A program made the position numbers and the translations under genes. A model generated the notes under the pieces. It saw nothing but the letters and a program-made list of their open reading frames with translations, was not told the DNA's origin and did no database searches. Positions 10,765-24,800 of a stretch of DNA of 64,000 nt are shown one piece after another (position 1 is the stretch's first letter; each line of letters opens with the position of its first letter). The stretch covers positions 1,364,001 through 1,428,000 of the forward strand of contig OZ059897.1 in NCBI GenBank assembly GCA_964057225.1. Direction: 5' to 3'. Source of the DNA: Auanema rhodensis (lineage: Eukaryota; Animalia; Nematoda).

Positions 10765-13700
10765 ATTTCCCGAAAAATTTCAAGATAATTTTACAAAAAG
10801 TAGATGTTTTTGAATTTCTTTTTTTAAGGCGAAAACGATGGACAATGTTATTCAACGAAAAAATTAATTCTTCAGGGTGAAAATCGAGGATATAAGTGTG
10901 AACTTATATCAATTGATATCTCGGTGCATTTTTAAGCTAGCGCAAATCTGATAACACAGATCGACGCAGCTTAAAAATCCGCATCGAATGCACTATACTA
11001 CATTGAGAAACGCTCAATACAAAAATTATTTATGATTGTTTGAAAAAAGATGCATTAGTGTATGTTGAGTTTCCATGTACACTCAACATTGCTTCCAAAA
11101 ACATTTTGACAAAAATTTTCCCGAAAAATTTCAAGATAATTTTACAAAAACTAGATGTTTTCAGATTCCTTTTTTCAAGGCAAAGACGATGGACAATGTT
11201 ATTCAACGAAAAAATTAATTCTTCAGGGTGAAAATCGAGGATATAAGTGTGAACTTATATCAGTTGATATCTCGGTGAATTTTTAAGCTAACTCAAATCT
11301 GATAACACAGATCGACGCAGCTTAAAAATCCGTTTCGAATGCACTATACTACATTGAGAAACGCTCAATACAAAAATTATTTATGATTGTTTGAAAAAAG
11401 ATGCATTAGTGTATGTTGAGTTTCCATGTACACTCAACATTGCTTCCAAAAACATTTTGACAAAAATTTTCCCGAAAAATTTCAAGATAATTTTACAAAA
11501 ACTAGATGTTTTTAGATTCCTTTTTTCAAGGCAAAGACGATGGACAATGTTATTCAACGAAAAAATTGATTCTTCAGGGTGAAAATCGAGGATATAAGTG
11601 TGAACTTATATCAGTTGATATCTCGGTGCATTTTTAAGCTAACTCAAATCTGATAACACATATCGACGCAGCTTAAAAATCCGCATCGAATGCACTAAAC
11701 TACATTGAAAAACGCTCAATACAAAAATTATTTATGATTGTTTGAAAAAAGATGCATTAGTGTATGTTGAGTTTCCATGTACACTCAACATTGCTTCCAA
11801 AAACATTTTGACAAAAATTTTCCCGAAAAATTTCAAGATAATTTTACAGAAACTAGATGTTTTTAGATTCCTTTTTTCAAGGCAAAGACGATGGACAATG
11901 TTATTCAACAAAAAAATTAATTCTTCAGGGTGAAAATCGAGGATATAAGTGTGAACTTATATCAGTTGATATCTCGGTGAATTTTAAAGCTAACTCAAAT
12001 CTGATAACACAGATCGACGCAGCTTAAAAATCCGTTTCGAATGCACTATACTACATTGAGAAACGCTCAATACAAAAATTATTTATGATTGTTTGAAAAA
12101 AGATGCATTAGTGTATGTTGAGTTTCCATGTACACTCAACATTGCTTCCAAAAACATTTTGACAAAAATTTTCCCGAAAAATTTCAAGATAATTTCACAG
12201 AAACTAGATGTTTTTAGATTCCTTTTTTCAAGGCAAAGACGATGGACAATGTTATTCAACAAAAAAATTAATTCTTCAGGGTGAAAATCGAGGATATAAG
12301 TGTGAACTTATATCAGTTGATATCTCGGTGAATTTTAAAGCTAACTCAAATCTGATAACACAGATCGACGCAGCTTAAAAATCCGTTTCGAATGCACTAT
12401 ACTACATTGAGAAACGCTCAATACAAAAATTATTTATGATTGTTTGAAAAACGATGCATTAGTGTATGTTGAGTTTCCATGTACACTCAACATTGCTTCC
12501 AAAAACATTTTGACAAAAATTTTCCCGAAAAATTTCAAGATAATTTTACAAAAACTAGATGTTTTTAGATTCCTTTTTTTAAGGCGAAAACGATGGACGA
12601 TGTTATTCAACGAAAAAATTAATTCTTCAGGGTGAAAATCGAGGATATAAGTGTGAACTTATATCAGTTGATATCTCGGTGCATTTTTAAGCTAACTCAA
12701 ATCTGATAACACAGATCGACGCAGCTTAAAAATCCGTTTCGAATGCACTATACTACATTGAGAAACGCTCAGTACAAAAATTATTTATGATTGTTTGAAA
12801 AAAGATGCATTAGTGTATGTTGAGTTTCCATGTACACTCAACATTGCTTCCAAAAACATTTTGACAAAAATTTTCCCGAAAAATTTCAAGATAATTTTAC
12901 AAAAACTAGATGTTTTTAGATTCCTTTTTTCAAGGCAAAGACGATGGACAATGTTATTCAACGAAAAAATTAATTCTTCAGGGTGAAAATCGAGGATATA
13001 AGTGTGAACTTATATCAGTTGATATCTCGGTGCATTTTCAAGCTAACTCAAATCTGATAACACAGATCGACGCAGCTTAAAAATCCGTTTCGAATGCACT
13101 ATACTACATTGAGAAACGCTCAATACAAAAATTATTTATGATTGTTTGAAAAAAGATGCATTAGTGTATGTTGAGTTTCCATGTACACTCAACATTGCTT
13201 CCAAAAACATTTAGACAAAAATTTTCCCGAAAAATTTCAAGATAATTTTGCGGAAAGTAGATGTTTTTAGATTTCTTTTCTTAAGGCGAAGACGATGGAC
13301 AATGTTATTCAACGAAAAAATTAATTCTTCAGGGTGAAAATCGAGGATTTAAGTGTGAACTTATATCAGTTGATATCTCGGTGAATTTTTAAGCTAGCGC
13401 AAATCTGATAACACAGATCGACGCAGTTTAAAAATCCGCATCGAATGCATTATACTACATTGGAAAACGCTCAATACAAAAATTATTTATGATTGTTTGA
13501 AAAAAGATGCATTAGTGTATGTTGAGTTTCCATGTACACTCAACATTGCTTCCAAAAACATTTTGACAAAAATTTTCCCGAAAAATTTCAAGATAATTTT
13601 ACAAAAACTAGATGTTTTTAGATTCCTTTTTTCAAGGCAAAGACGATGGACAATGTTATTCAACGAAAAAATTAATTCTTCAGGGTGAAAATCGAGGATA

Positions 13701-16700
13701 TAAGTGTGAACTTATATCAGTTGATATCTCGGTGCATTTTCAAGCTAACTCAAATCTGATAACACAGATCGACGCAGCTTAAAAATCCGTTTCGAATGCA
13801 CTATACTACATTGAGAAACGCTCAATACAAAATTATTTATGATTGTTTGAAAAAAGATGCATTAGTGTATGTTGAGTTTCCATGTACACTCAACATTGCT
13901 TCCAAAAACATTTTGACTAAAATTTTCCCGAAAAATTTCAAGATAATTTTACAAAAACTAGATGTTTTTAGATTCCTTTTTTTAAGGCGAAAACGATGGA
14001 CAATGTTATTCAACGAAAAAATTGATTCTTCAGGGTGAAAATCGAGGATATAAGTGTGAACTTATATCAGTTGATATCTCGGTGCATTTTTAAGCTAACT
14101 CAAATCTGATAACACAGATCGACGCAGCTTAAAAATCCGTTTCGAATGCACTATACTACATTGAGAAACGCTCAATACAAAAATTATTTATGATTGTTTG
14201 AAAAAAGATGCATTAGTGTATGTTGAGTTTCCATGTACACTCAACATTGCTTCCAAAAACATTTTGACAAAAATTTTCCCGAAAAATTTCAAGATAATTT
14301 TACAAAAACTAGATGTTTTTAGATTCCTTTTTTTAAGGCGAAAACGATGGACAATGTTATTCAACGAAAAAATTGATTCTTCAGGGTGAAAATCGAGGAT
14401 ATAAGTGTGAACTTATATCAGTTGATATCTCGGTGCATTTTTAAGCTAACTCAAATCTGATAACACAGATCGACGCAGCTTAAAAATCCGTTTCGAATGC
14501 ACTATACTACATTGAGAAACGCTCAATACAAAAATTATTTATGATTGTTTGAAAAATGATGCATTAGTGTATGTTGCGTTTCCATGTACACTCAACATTG
14601 CTTCCAAAAACATTTTGACAAAAAATTTCCCGAAAAATTTCAAGATAATTTTACAAAAAGTAGATGTTTTTGAATTTCTTTTTTTAAGGCGAAAACGATG
14701 GACAATGTTATTCAACGAAAAAATTAATTCTTCAGGGTGAAAATCGAGGATATAAGTGTGAACTTATATCAATTGATATCTCGGTGCATTTTTAAGCTAG
14801 CGCAAATCTGATAACACAGATCGACGCAGCTTAAAAATCCGCATCGAATGCACTATACTACATTGAGAAACGCTCAATACAAAAATTATTTATGATTGTT
14901 TGAAAAAAGATGCATTAGTGTATGTTGAGTTTCCATGTACACTCAACATTGCTTCCAAAAACATTTTGACAAAAATTTTCCCGAAAAATTTCAAGATAAT
15001 TTTACAAAAACTAGATGTTTTCAGATTCCTTTTTTCAAGGCAAAGACGATGGACAATGTTATTCAACGAAAAAATTAATTCTTCAGGGTGAAAATCGAGG
15101 ATATAAGTGTGAACTTATATCAGTTGATATCTCGGTGAATTTTTAAGCTAACTCAAATCTGATAACACAGATCGACGCAGCTTAAAAATCCGTTTCGAAT
15201 GCACTATACTACATTGAGAAACGCTCAATACAAAAATTATTTATGATTGTTTGAAAAAAGATGCATTAGTGTATGTTGAGTTTCCATGTACACTCAACAT
15301 TGCTTCCAAAAACATTTTGACAAAAATTTTCCCGAAAAATTTCAAGATAATTTTACAAAAACTAGATGTTTTTAGATTCCTTTTTTCAAGGCAAAGACGA
15401 TGGACAATGTTATTCAACGAAAAAATTGATTCTTCAGGGTGAAAATCGAGGATATAAGTGTGAACTTATATCAGTTGATATCTCGGTGCATTTTTAAGCT
15501 AACTCAAATCTGATAACACAGATCGACGCAGCTTAAAAATCCGCATCGAATGCACTAAACTACATTGAAAAACGCTCAATACAAAAATTATTTATGATTG
15601 TTTGAAAAAAGATGCATTAGTGTATGTTGAGTTTCCATGTACACTCAACATTGCTTCCAAAAACATTTTGACAAAAATTTTCCCGAAAAATTTCAAGATA
15701 ATTTTACAGAAACTAGATGTTTTTAGATTCCTTTTTTCAAGGCAAAGACGATGGACAATGTTATTCAACAAAAAAATTAATTCTTCAGGCTGAAAATCGA
15801 GGATATAAGTGTGAACTTATATCAGTTGATATCTCGGTGAATTTTAAAGCTAACTCAAATCTGATAACACAGATCGACGCAGCTTAAAAATCCGTTTCGA
15901 ATGCACTATACTACATTGAGAAACGCTCAATACAAAAATTATTTATGATTGTTTGAAAAAAGATGCATTAGTGTATGTTGAGTTTCCATGTACACTCAAC
16001 ATTGCTTCCAAAAACATTTTGACAAAAATTTTCCCGAAAAATTTCAAGATAATTTCACAGAAACTAGATGTTTTTAGATTCCTTTTTTCAAGGCAAAGAC
16101 GATGGACAATGTTATTCAACAAAAAAATTAATTCTTCAGGGTGAAAATCGAGGATATAAGTGTGAACTTATATCAGTTGATATCTCGGTGAATTTTAAAG
16201 CTAACTCAAATCTGATAACACAGATAGACGCAGCTTAAAAATCCGTTTCGAATGCACTATACTACATTGAGAAACGCTCAATACAAAAATTATTTATGAT
16301 TGTTTGAAAAATGATGCATTAGTGTATGTTGAGTTTCCATGTACACTCAACATTGCTTCCAAAAACATTTTGACAAAAATTTTCCCGAAAAATTTCAAGA
16401 TAATTTTACAAAAACTAGATGTTTTTAGATTCCTTTTTTTAAGGCGAAAACGATGGACAATGTTATTCAACGAAAAAATTAATTCTTCAGGGTGAAAATC
16501 GAGGATATAAGTGTGAACTTATATCAGTTGATATCTCGGTGCATTTTTAAGCTAACTCAAATCTGATAACACAGATCGACGCAGCTTAAAAATCCGTTTC
16601 GAATGCACTATACTACATTGAGAAACGCTCAGTACAAAAATTATTTATGATTGTTTGAAAAAAGATGCATTAGTGTATGTTGAGTTTCCATGTACACTCA

Positions 16701-18830
16701 ACATTGCTTCCAAAAACATTTTGACAAAAATTTTCCCGAAAAATTTCAAGATAATTTTACAAAAACTAGATGTTTTTAGATTCCTTTTTTCAAGGCAAAG
16801 ACGATGGACAATGTTATTCAACGAAAAAATTAATTCTTCAGGGTGAAAATCGAGGATATAAGTGTGAACTTATATCAGTTGATATCTCGGTGCATTTTCA
16901 AGCTAACTCAAATCTGATAACACAGATCGACGCAGCTTAAAAATCCGTTTCGAATGCACTATACTACATTGAGAAACGCTCAATACAAAAATTATTTATG
17001 ATTGTTTGAAAAAAGATGCATTAGTGTATGTTGAGTTTCCATGTACACTCAACATTGCTTCCAAAAACATTTTGACAAAAATTTTCCCGAAAAATTTCAA
17101 GATAATTTTGCGGAAAGTAGATGTTTTTAGATTTCTTTTCTTAAGGCGAAGACGATGGACAATGTTATTCAACGAAAAAATTAATTCTTCAGGGTGAAAA
17201 TCGAGGATTTAAGTGTGAACTTATATCAGTTGATATCTCGGTGAATTTTTAAGCTAGCGCAAATCTGATAACACAGATCGACGCAGTTTAAAAATCCGCA
17301 TCGAATGCATTATACTACATTGGAAAACGCTCAATACAAAAATTATTTATGATTGTTTGAAAAAAGATGCATTAGTGTATGTTGAGTTTCCATGTACACT
17401 CAACATTGCTTCCAAAAACATTTTGACAAAAATTTTCCCGAAAAATTTCAAGATAATTTTACAAAAACTAGATGTTTTTAGATTCCTTTTTTTAAGGCGA
17501 AAACGATGGACAATGTTATTCAACGAAAAAATTGATTCTTCAGGGTGAAAATCGAGGATATAAGTGTGAACTTATATCAGTTGATATCTCGGTGCATTTT
17601 TAAGCTAACTCAAATCTGATAACACAGATCGACGCAGCTTAAAAATCCGTTTCGAATGCACTATACTACATTGAGAAACGCTCAATACAAAAATTATTTA
17701 TGATTGTTTGAAAAAAGATGCATTAGTGTATGTTGAGTTTCCATGTACACTCAACATTGCTTCCAAAAACATTTTGACAAAAATTTTCCCGAAAAATTTC
17801 AAGATAATTTTACAAAAACTAGATGTTTTTAGATTCCTTTTTTCAAGGCAAAGACGATGGACAATGTTATTCAACGAAAAAATTAATTCTTCAGGGTGAA
17901 AATCGAGGATATAAGTGTGAACTTATATCAGTTGATATCTCGGTGCATTTTCAAGCTAACTCAAATCTGATAACACAGATCGACGCAGCTTAAAAATCCG
18001 TTTCGAATGCACTATACTACATTGAGAAACGCTCAATACAAAATTATTTATGATTGTTTGAAAAAAGATGCATTAGTGTATGTTGAGTTTCCATGTACAC
18101 TCAACATTGCTTCCAAAAACATTTTGACTAAAATTTTCCCGAAAAATTTCAAGATAATTTTACAAAAACTAGATGTTTTTAGATTCCTTTTTTTAAGGCG
18201 AAAACGATGGACAATGTTATTCAACGAAAAAATTGATTCTTCAGGGTGAAAATCGAGGATATAAGTGTGAACTTATATCAGTTGATATCTCGGTGCATTT
18301 TTAAGCTAACTCAAATCTGATAACACAGATCGACGCAGCTTAAAAATCCGTTTCGAATGCACTATACTACATTGAGAAACGCTCAATACAAAAATTATTT
18401 ATGATTGTTTGAAAAAAGATGCATTAGTGTATGTTGAGTTTCCATGTACACTCAACATTGCTTCCAAAAACATTTTGACAAAAATTTTCCCGAAAAATTT
18501 CAAGATAATTTTACAAAAACTAGATGTTTTTAGATTCCTTTTTTTAAGGCGAAAACGATGGACAATGTTATTCAACGAAAAAATTGATTCTTCAGGGTGA
18601 AAATCGAGGATATAAGTGTGAACTTATATCAGTTGATATCTCGGTGCATTTTTAAGCTAACTCAAATCTGATAACACAGATCGACGCAGCTTAAAAATCC
18701 GTTTCGAATGCACTATACTACATTGAGAAACGCTCAATACAAAAATTATTTATGATTGTTTGAAAAATGATGCATTAGTGTATGTTGCGTTTCCATGTAC
18801 ACTCAACATTGCTTCCAAAAACATTTTGAC
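10765..18830 (+). repeat. Tandem block duplication (11-monomer copy followed by 12-monomer copy)
   Basis: Rare variants recur in the same order at offset 3860 (10765/14625 AAAAAATTTCC; 11742/15602; 12093/15953; 13146/17006) and then at offset 4211 (1-bp-deletion ORFs 13796/18007). Confidence 0.85.
10921..10987. other. Long imperfect intra-monomer stem-loop (monomer positions ~42-108), shown in a best-pairing copy
   Basis: TCGGTGC-ATTTTTAAGCT-a-GCG-caa-ATCTG-ataaca-CAGAT-cga-CGC-AGCTTAAAAAT-cc-GCATCGA: 11-bp perfect arms, nested 3-bp and 5-bp stems, and an outer 7-bp stem with one G-T pair. Confidence 0.85.
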
Positions 18831-21800
18831 AAAAATTTTCCCGAAAAATTTCAAGATAATTTTACAAAAAGTAGATGTTTTTAGATTTCTTTTTTTAAGG
18901 CAAAGACGATGGACAATGTTATTCAACGAAAAAATTAATTCTTCAGGGTGAAAATCGAGGATATAAGTGTGAACTTATATCAGTTGATATCTCTTTGCAT
19001 TTTTAAGCTAACGCAAATCTGATAACACAGATCGTCGCAGCTTAAAAATCCGCTTCGAATGCACTATACTACATTGAGAAACGCTCAATACAAAAATTAT
19101 TTATGATTGTTTGAAAAAAGATGCATTAGTGTATGTTGAGTTTCCATGTACACTCAACATTGCTTCCAAAAACATTTTGACAAAAATTTTCCCGAAAAAT
19201 TTCAAGATAATTTTACAAAAACTAGATGTTTTTAGATTCCTTTTTTTAAGGCGAAAACGATGGACAATGTTATTCAACGAAAAAATTGATTCTTCAGGGT
19301 GAAAATCGAGGATATAAGTGTGAACTTATATCAGTTGATATCTCGGTGCATTTTTAAGCTAACTCAAATCTGATAACACAGATCGACGCAGCTTAAAAAT
19401 CCGTTTCGAATGCACTATACTACATTGAGAAACGCTCAATACAAAAATTATTTATGATTGTTTGAAAAAAGATGCATTAGTGTATGTTGAGTTTCCATGT
19501 ACACTCAACATTGCTTCCAAAAACATTTTGACAAAAATTTTCCCGAAAAATTTCAAGATAATTTTACAAAAACTAGATGTTTTTAGATTCCTTTTTTCAA
19601 GGCAAAGACGATGGACAATGTTATTCAACGAAAAAATTAATTCTTCAGGGTGAAAATCGAGGATATAAGTGTGAACTTATATCAGTTGATATCTCGGTGC
19701 ATTTTTAAGCTAACTCAAATCTGATAACACAGATCGACGCAGCTTAAAAATCCGTTTCGAATGCACTATACTACATTGAGAAACGCTCAATACAAAAATT
19801 ATTTATGATTGTTTGAAAAATGATGCATTAGTGTATGTTGAGTTTCCATGTACACTCAACATTGCTTCCAAAAACATTTTGACAAAAATTTTCCCGAAAA
19901 ATTTCAAGATAATTTTACAAAAACTAGATGTTTTTAGATTCCTTTTTTTAAGGCGAAAACGATGGACAATGTTATTCAACGAAAAAATTAATTCTTCAGG
20001 GTGAAAATCGAGGATATAAGTGTGAACTTATATCAGTTGATATCTCGGTGCATTTTTAAGCTAACTCAAATCTGATAACACAGATCGACGCAGCTTAAAA
20101 ATCCGTTTCGAATGCACTATACTACATTGAGAAACGCTCAATACAAAAATTATTTATGATTGTTTGAAAAAAGATGCATTAGTGTATGTTGAGTTTCCAT
20201 GTACACTCAACATTGCTTCCAAAAACATTTTGACAAAAATTTTCCCGAAAAATTTCAAGATAATTTTACAAAAACTAGATGTTTTTAGATTCCTTTTTTC
20301 AAGGCAAAGACGATGGACAATGTTATTCAACGAAAAAATTGATTCTTCAGGGTGAAAATCGAGGATATAAGTGTGAACTTATATCAGTTGATATCTCGGT
20401 GCATTTTTAAGCTAACTCAAATCTGATAACACAGATCGACGCAGCTTAAAAATCCGCATCGAATGCACTAAACTACATTGAAAAACGCTCAATACAAAAA
20501 TTATTTATGATTGTTTGAAAAATGATGCATTAGTGTATGTTGAGTTTCCAAGTACACTCAACATTGCTTCCAAAAACATTTTGACAAAAATTTTCCCGAA
20601 AAATTTCAAGATAATTTTACAAAAACTAGATGTTTTTAGATTCCTATTTTCAAGGCAAAGACGATGGACAATGTTATTCAACGAAAAAATTAATTCTTCA
20701 GGGTGAAAATCGAGGATATAAGTGTGAACTTATATCAGTTGATATCTCGGTGCATTTTTAAGCTAACTCAATTCTGATAACACAGATCGACGCAGCTTAA
20801 AAATCCGTTTCGAATGCACTATACTACATTGAGAAACGCTCAATACAAAAATTATTTATGATTGTTTGAAAAATGATGCATTAGTGTATGTTGAGTTTCC
20901 ATGTACACTCAACATTGCTTCCAAAAACATTTTGACAAAAATTTTCCCGAAAAATTTCAAGATAATTTTACAAAAACTAGATGTTTTTAGATTCCTTTTT
21001 TTAAGGCGAAGACGATGGACAATGTTATTCAACGAAAAAATTAATTCTTCAGAGTGAAAATCGAGGATATAAGTGTGAACTTATATCAGTTGATATCTCG
21101 GTGCATTTTTAAGCTAACTCAAATCTGATAACACAGATCGACGCAGCTTAAAAATCCGTTTCGAATGCACTATACTACATTGAAAAACGCTCAATACGAA
21201 AATTGTTTATGATTGTTTGAAAAATGATGCATTAGTGTATGTTGAGTTTCCATGTACACTCAACATTGCTTCCAAAAACATTTTGACAAAAATTTTCCCG
21301 AAAAATTTCAAGATAATTTTACAAAAACTAGATGTTTTTAGATTCCTTTTTTCAAGGCAAAGACGATGGACAATGTTATTCAACGAAAAAATTAATTCTT
21401 CAGGGTGAAAATCGAGGATATAAGTGTGAACTTATATCAGTTGATATCTCGGTGCATTTTTAAGCTAACTCAAATCTGATAACACAGATCGACGCAGCTT
21501 AAAAATCCGTTTCGAATGCACTATACTACATTGAGAAACGCTCAATACAAAAATTATTTATGATTGTTTGAAAAATGATGCATTAGTGTATGTTGAGTTT
21601 CCATGTACACTCAACATTGCTTCCAAAAACATTTTGACAAAAATTTTCCCGAAAAATTTCAAGATAATTTTACAAAAACTAGATGTTTTTAGATTCCTTT
21701 TTTTAAGGCGAAAACGATGGACAATGTTATTCAACGAAAAAATTAATTCTTCAGGGTGAAAATCGAGGATATAAGTGTGAACTTATATCAGTTGATATCT

Positions 21801-24800
21801 CGGTGCATTTTTAAGCTAACTCAAATCTGATAACACAGATCGACGCAGCTTAAAAATCCGTTTCGAATGCACTATACTACATTGAGAAACGCTCAATACA
21901 AAAATTATTTATGATTGTTTGAAAAAAGATGCATTAGTGTATGTTGAGTTTCCATGTACACTCAACATTGCTTCCAAAAACATTTTGACAAAAATTTTCC
22001 CGAAAAATTTCAAGATAATTTTACAAAAACTAGATGTTTTTAGATTCCTTTTTTCAAGGCAAAGACGATGGACAATGTTATTCAACGAAAAAATTGATTC
22101 TTCAGGGTGAAAATCGAGGATATAAGTGTGAACTTATATCAGTTGATATCTCGGTGCATTTTTAAGCTAACTCAAATCTGATAACACAGATCGACGCAGC
22201 TTAAAAATCCGCATCGAATGCACTAAACTACATTGAAAAACGCTCAATACAAAAATTATTTATGATTGTTTGAAAAAAGATGCATTAGTGTATGTTGAGT
22301 TTCCATGTACACTCAACATTGCTTCCAAAAACATTTTGACAAAAATTTTCCCGAAAAATTTCAAGATAATTTTACAAAAAGTAGATGTTTTTAGATTTCT
22401 TTTTTTAAGGCAAAGACGATGGACAATGTTATTCAACGAAAAAATTAATTCTTCAGGGTGAAAATCGAGGATATAAGTGTGAACTTATATCAGTTGATAT
22501 CTCTTTGCATTTTTAAGCTAACGCAAATCTGATAACACAGATCGTCGCAGCTTAAAAATCCGCTTCGAATGCACTATACTACATTGAGAAACGCTCAATA
22601 CAAAAATTATTTATGATTGTTTGAAAAAAGATGCATTAGTGTATGTTGAGTTTCCATGTACACTCAACATTGCTTCCAAAAACATTTTGACAAAAATTTT
22701 CCCGAAAAATTTCAAGATAATTTTACAAAAACTAGATGTTTTTAGATTCCTTTTTTTAAGGCGAAAACGATGGACAATGTTATTCAACGAAAAAATTGAT
22801 TCTTCAGGGTGAAAATCGAGGATATAAGTGTGAACTTATATCAGTTGATATCTCGGTGCATTTTTAAGCTAACTCAAATCTGATAACACAGATCGACGCA
22901 GCTTAAAAATCCGTTTCGAATGCACTATACTACATTGAGAAACGCTCAATACAAAAATTATTTATGATTGTTTGAAAAAAGATGCATTAGTGTATGTTGA
23001 GTTTCCATGTACACTCAACATTGCTTCCAAAAACATTTTGACAAAAATTTTCCCGAAAAATTTCAAGATAATTTTACAAAAACTAGATGTTTTTAGATTC
23101 CTTTTTTCAAGGCAAAGACGATGGACAATGTTATTCAACGAAAAAATTAATTCTTCAGGGTGAAAATCGAGGATATAAGTGTGAACTTATATCAGTTGAT
23201 ATCTCGGTGCATTTTTAAGCTAACTCAAATCTGATAACACAGATCGACGCAGCTTAAAAATCCGTTTCGAATGCATTATACTACATTGAGAAACGCTCAA
23301 TACAAAAATTATTTATGATTGTTTGAAAAATGATGCATTAGTGTATGTTGAGTTTCCATGTACACTCAACATTGCTTCCAAAAACATTTTGACAAAAATT
23401 TTCCCGAAAAATTTCAAGATAATTTTACAAAAACTAGATGTTTTTAGATTCCTTTTTTTAAGGCAAAGACGATGGACAATGTTATTCAACGAAAAAATTG
23501 ATTCTTCAGGGTGAAAATCGAGGATATAAGTGTGAACTTATATCAGTTGATATCTCGGTGCATTTTTAAGCTAACTCGAATCTGATAACACAGATCGACG
23601 CAGCTTAAAAATCCGTTTCGAATGCACTATACTACATTGAGAAACGCTCAATACAAAAATTATTTATGATTGTTTGAAAAAAGATGCATTAGTGTATGTT
23701 GAGTTTCCATGTACACTCAACATTGCTTCCAAAAACATTTTGACAAAAATTTTCCCGAAAAATTTCAAGATAATTTTACAAAAACTAGATGTTTTTAGAT
23801 TCCTTTTTTCAAGGCAAAGACGATGGACAATGTTATTCAACGAAAAAATTAATTCTTCAGGGTGAAAATCGAGGATATAAGTGTGAACTTATATCAGTTG
23901 ATATCTCGGTGCATTTTTAAGCTAACTCAAATCTGATAACACAGATCGACGCAGCTTGAAAATCCGTTTCGAATGCACTATACTACATTGAGAAACGCTC
24001 AATACAAAAATTATTTATGATTGTTTGAAAAATGATGCATTAGTGTATGTTGAGTTTCCATGTACACTCAACATTGCTTCCAAAAACATTTTGACAAAAA
24101 TTTTCCCGAAAAATTTCAAGATAATTTTACAAAAACTAGATGTTTTTAGATTCCTTTTTTTAAGGCGAAAACGATGGACAATGTTATTCAACGAAAAAAT
24201 TAATTCTTCAGGGTGAAAATCGAGGATATAAGTGTGAACTTATATCAGTTGATATCTCGGTGCATTTTTAAGCTAACTCAAATCTGATAACACAGATCGA
24301 CGCAGCTTAAAAATCCGTTTCGAATGCACTATACTACATTGAGAAACGCTCAATACAAAAATTATTTATGATTGTTTGAAAAAAGATGCATTAGTGTATG
24401 TTGAGTTTCCATGTACACTCAACATTGCTTCCAAAAACATTTTGACAAAAATTTTCCCGAAAAATTTCAAGATAATTTTACAAAAACTAGATGTTTTTAG
24501 ATTTCTTTTTTCAAGGCAAAGACGATGGACAATGTTATTCAACGAAAAAATTGATTCTTCAGGGTGAAAATCGAGGATATAAGTGTGAACTTATATCAGT
24601 TGATATCTCGGTGCATTTTTAAGCTAACTCAAATCTGATAACACAGATCGACGCAGCTTAAAAATCCGTTTCGAATGCACTATACTACATTGAGAAACGC
24701 TCAATACAAAAATTATTTATGATTGTTTGAAAAAAGATGCATTAGTGTATGTTGAGTTTCCATGTACACTCAACATTGCTTCCAAAAACATTTTGACAAA

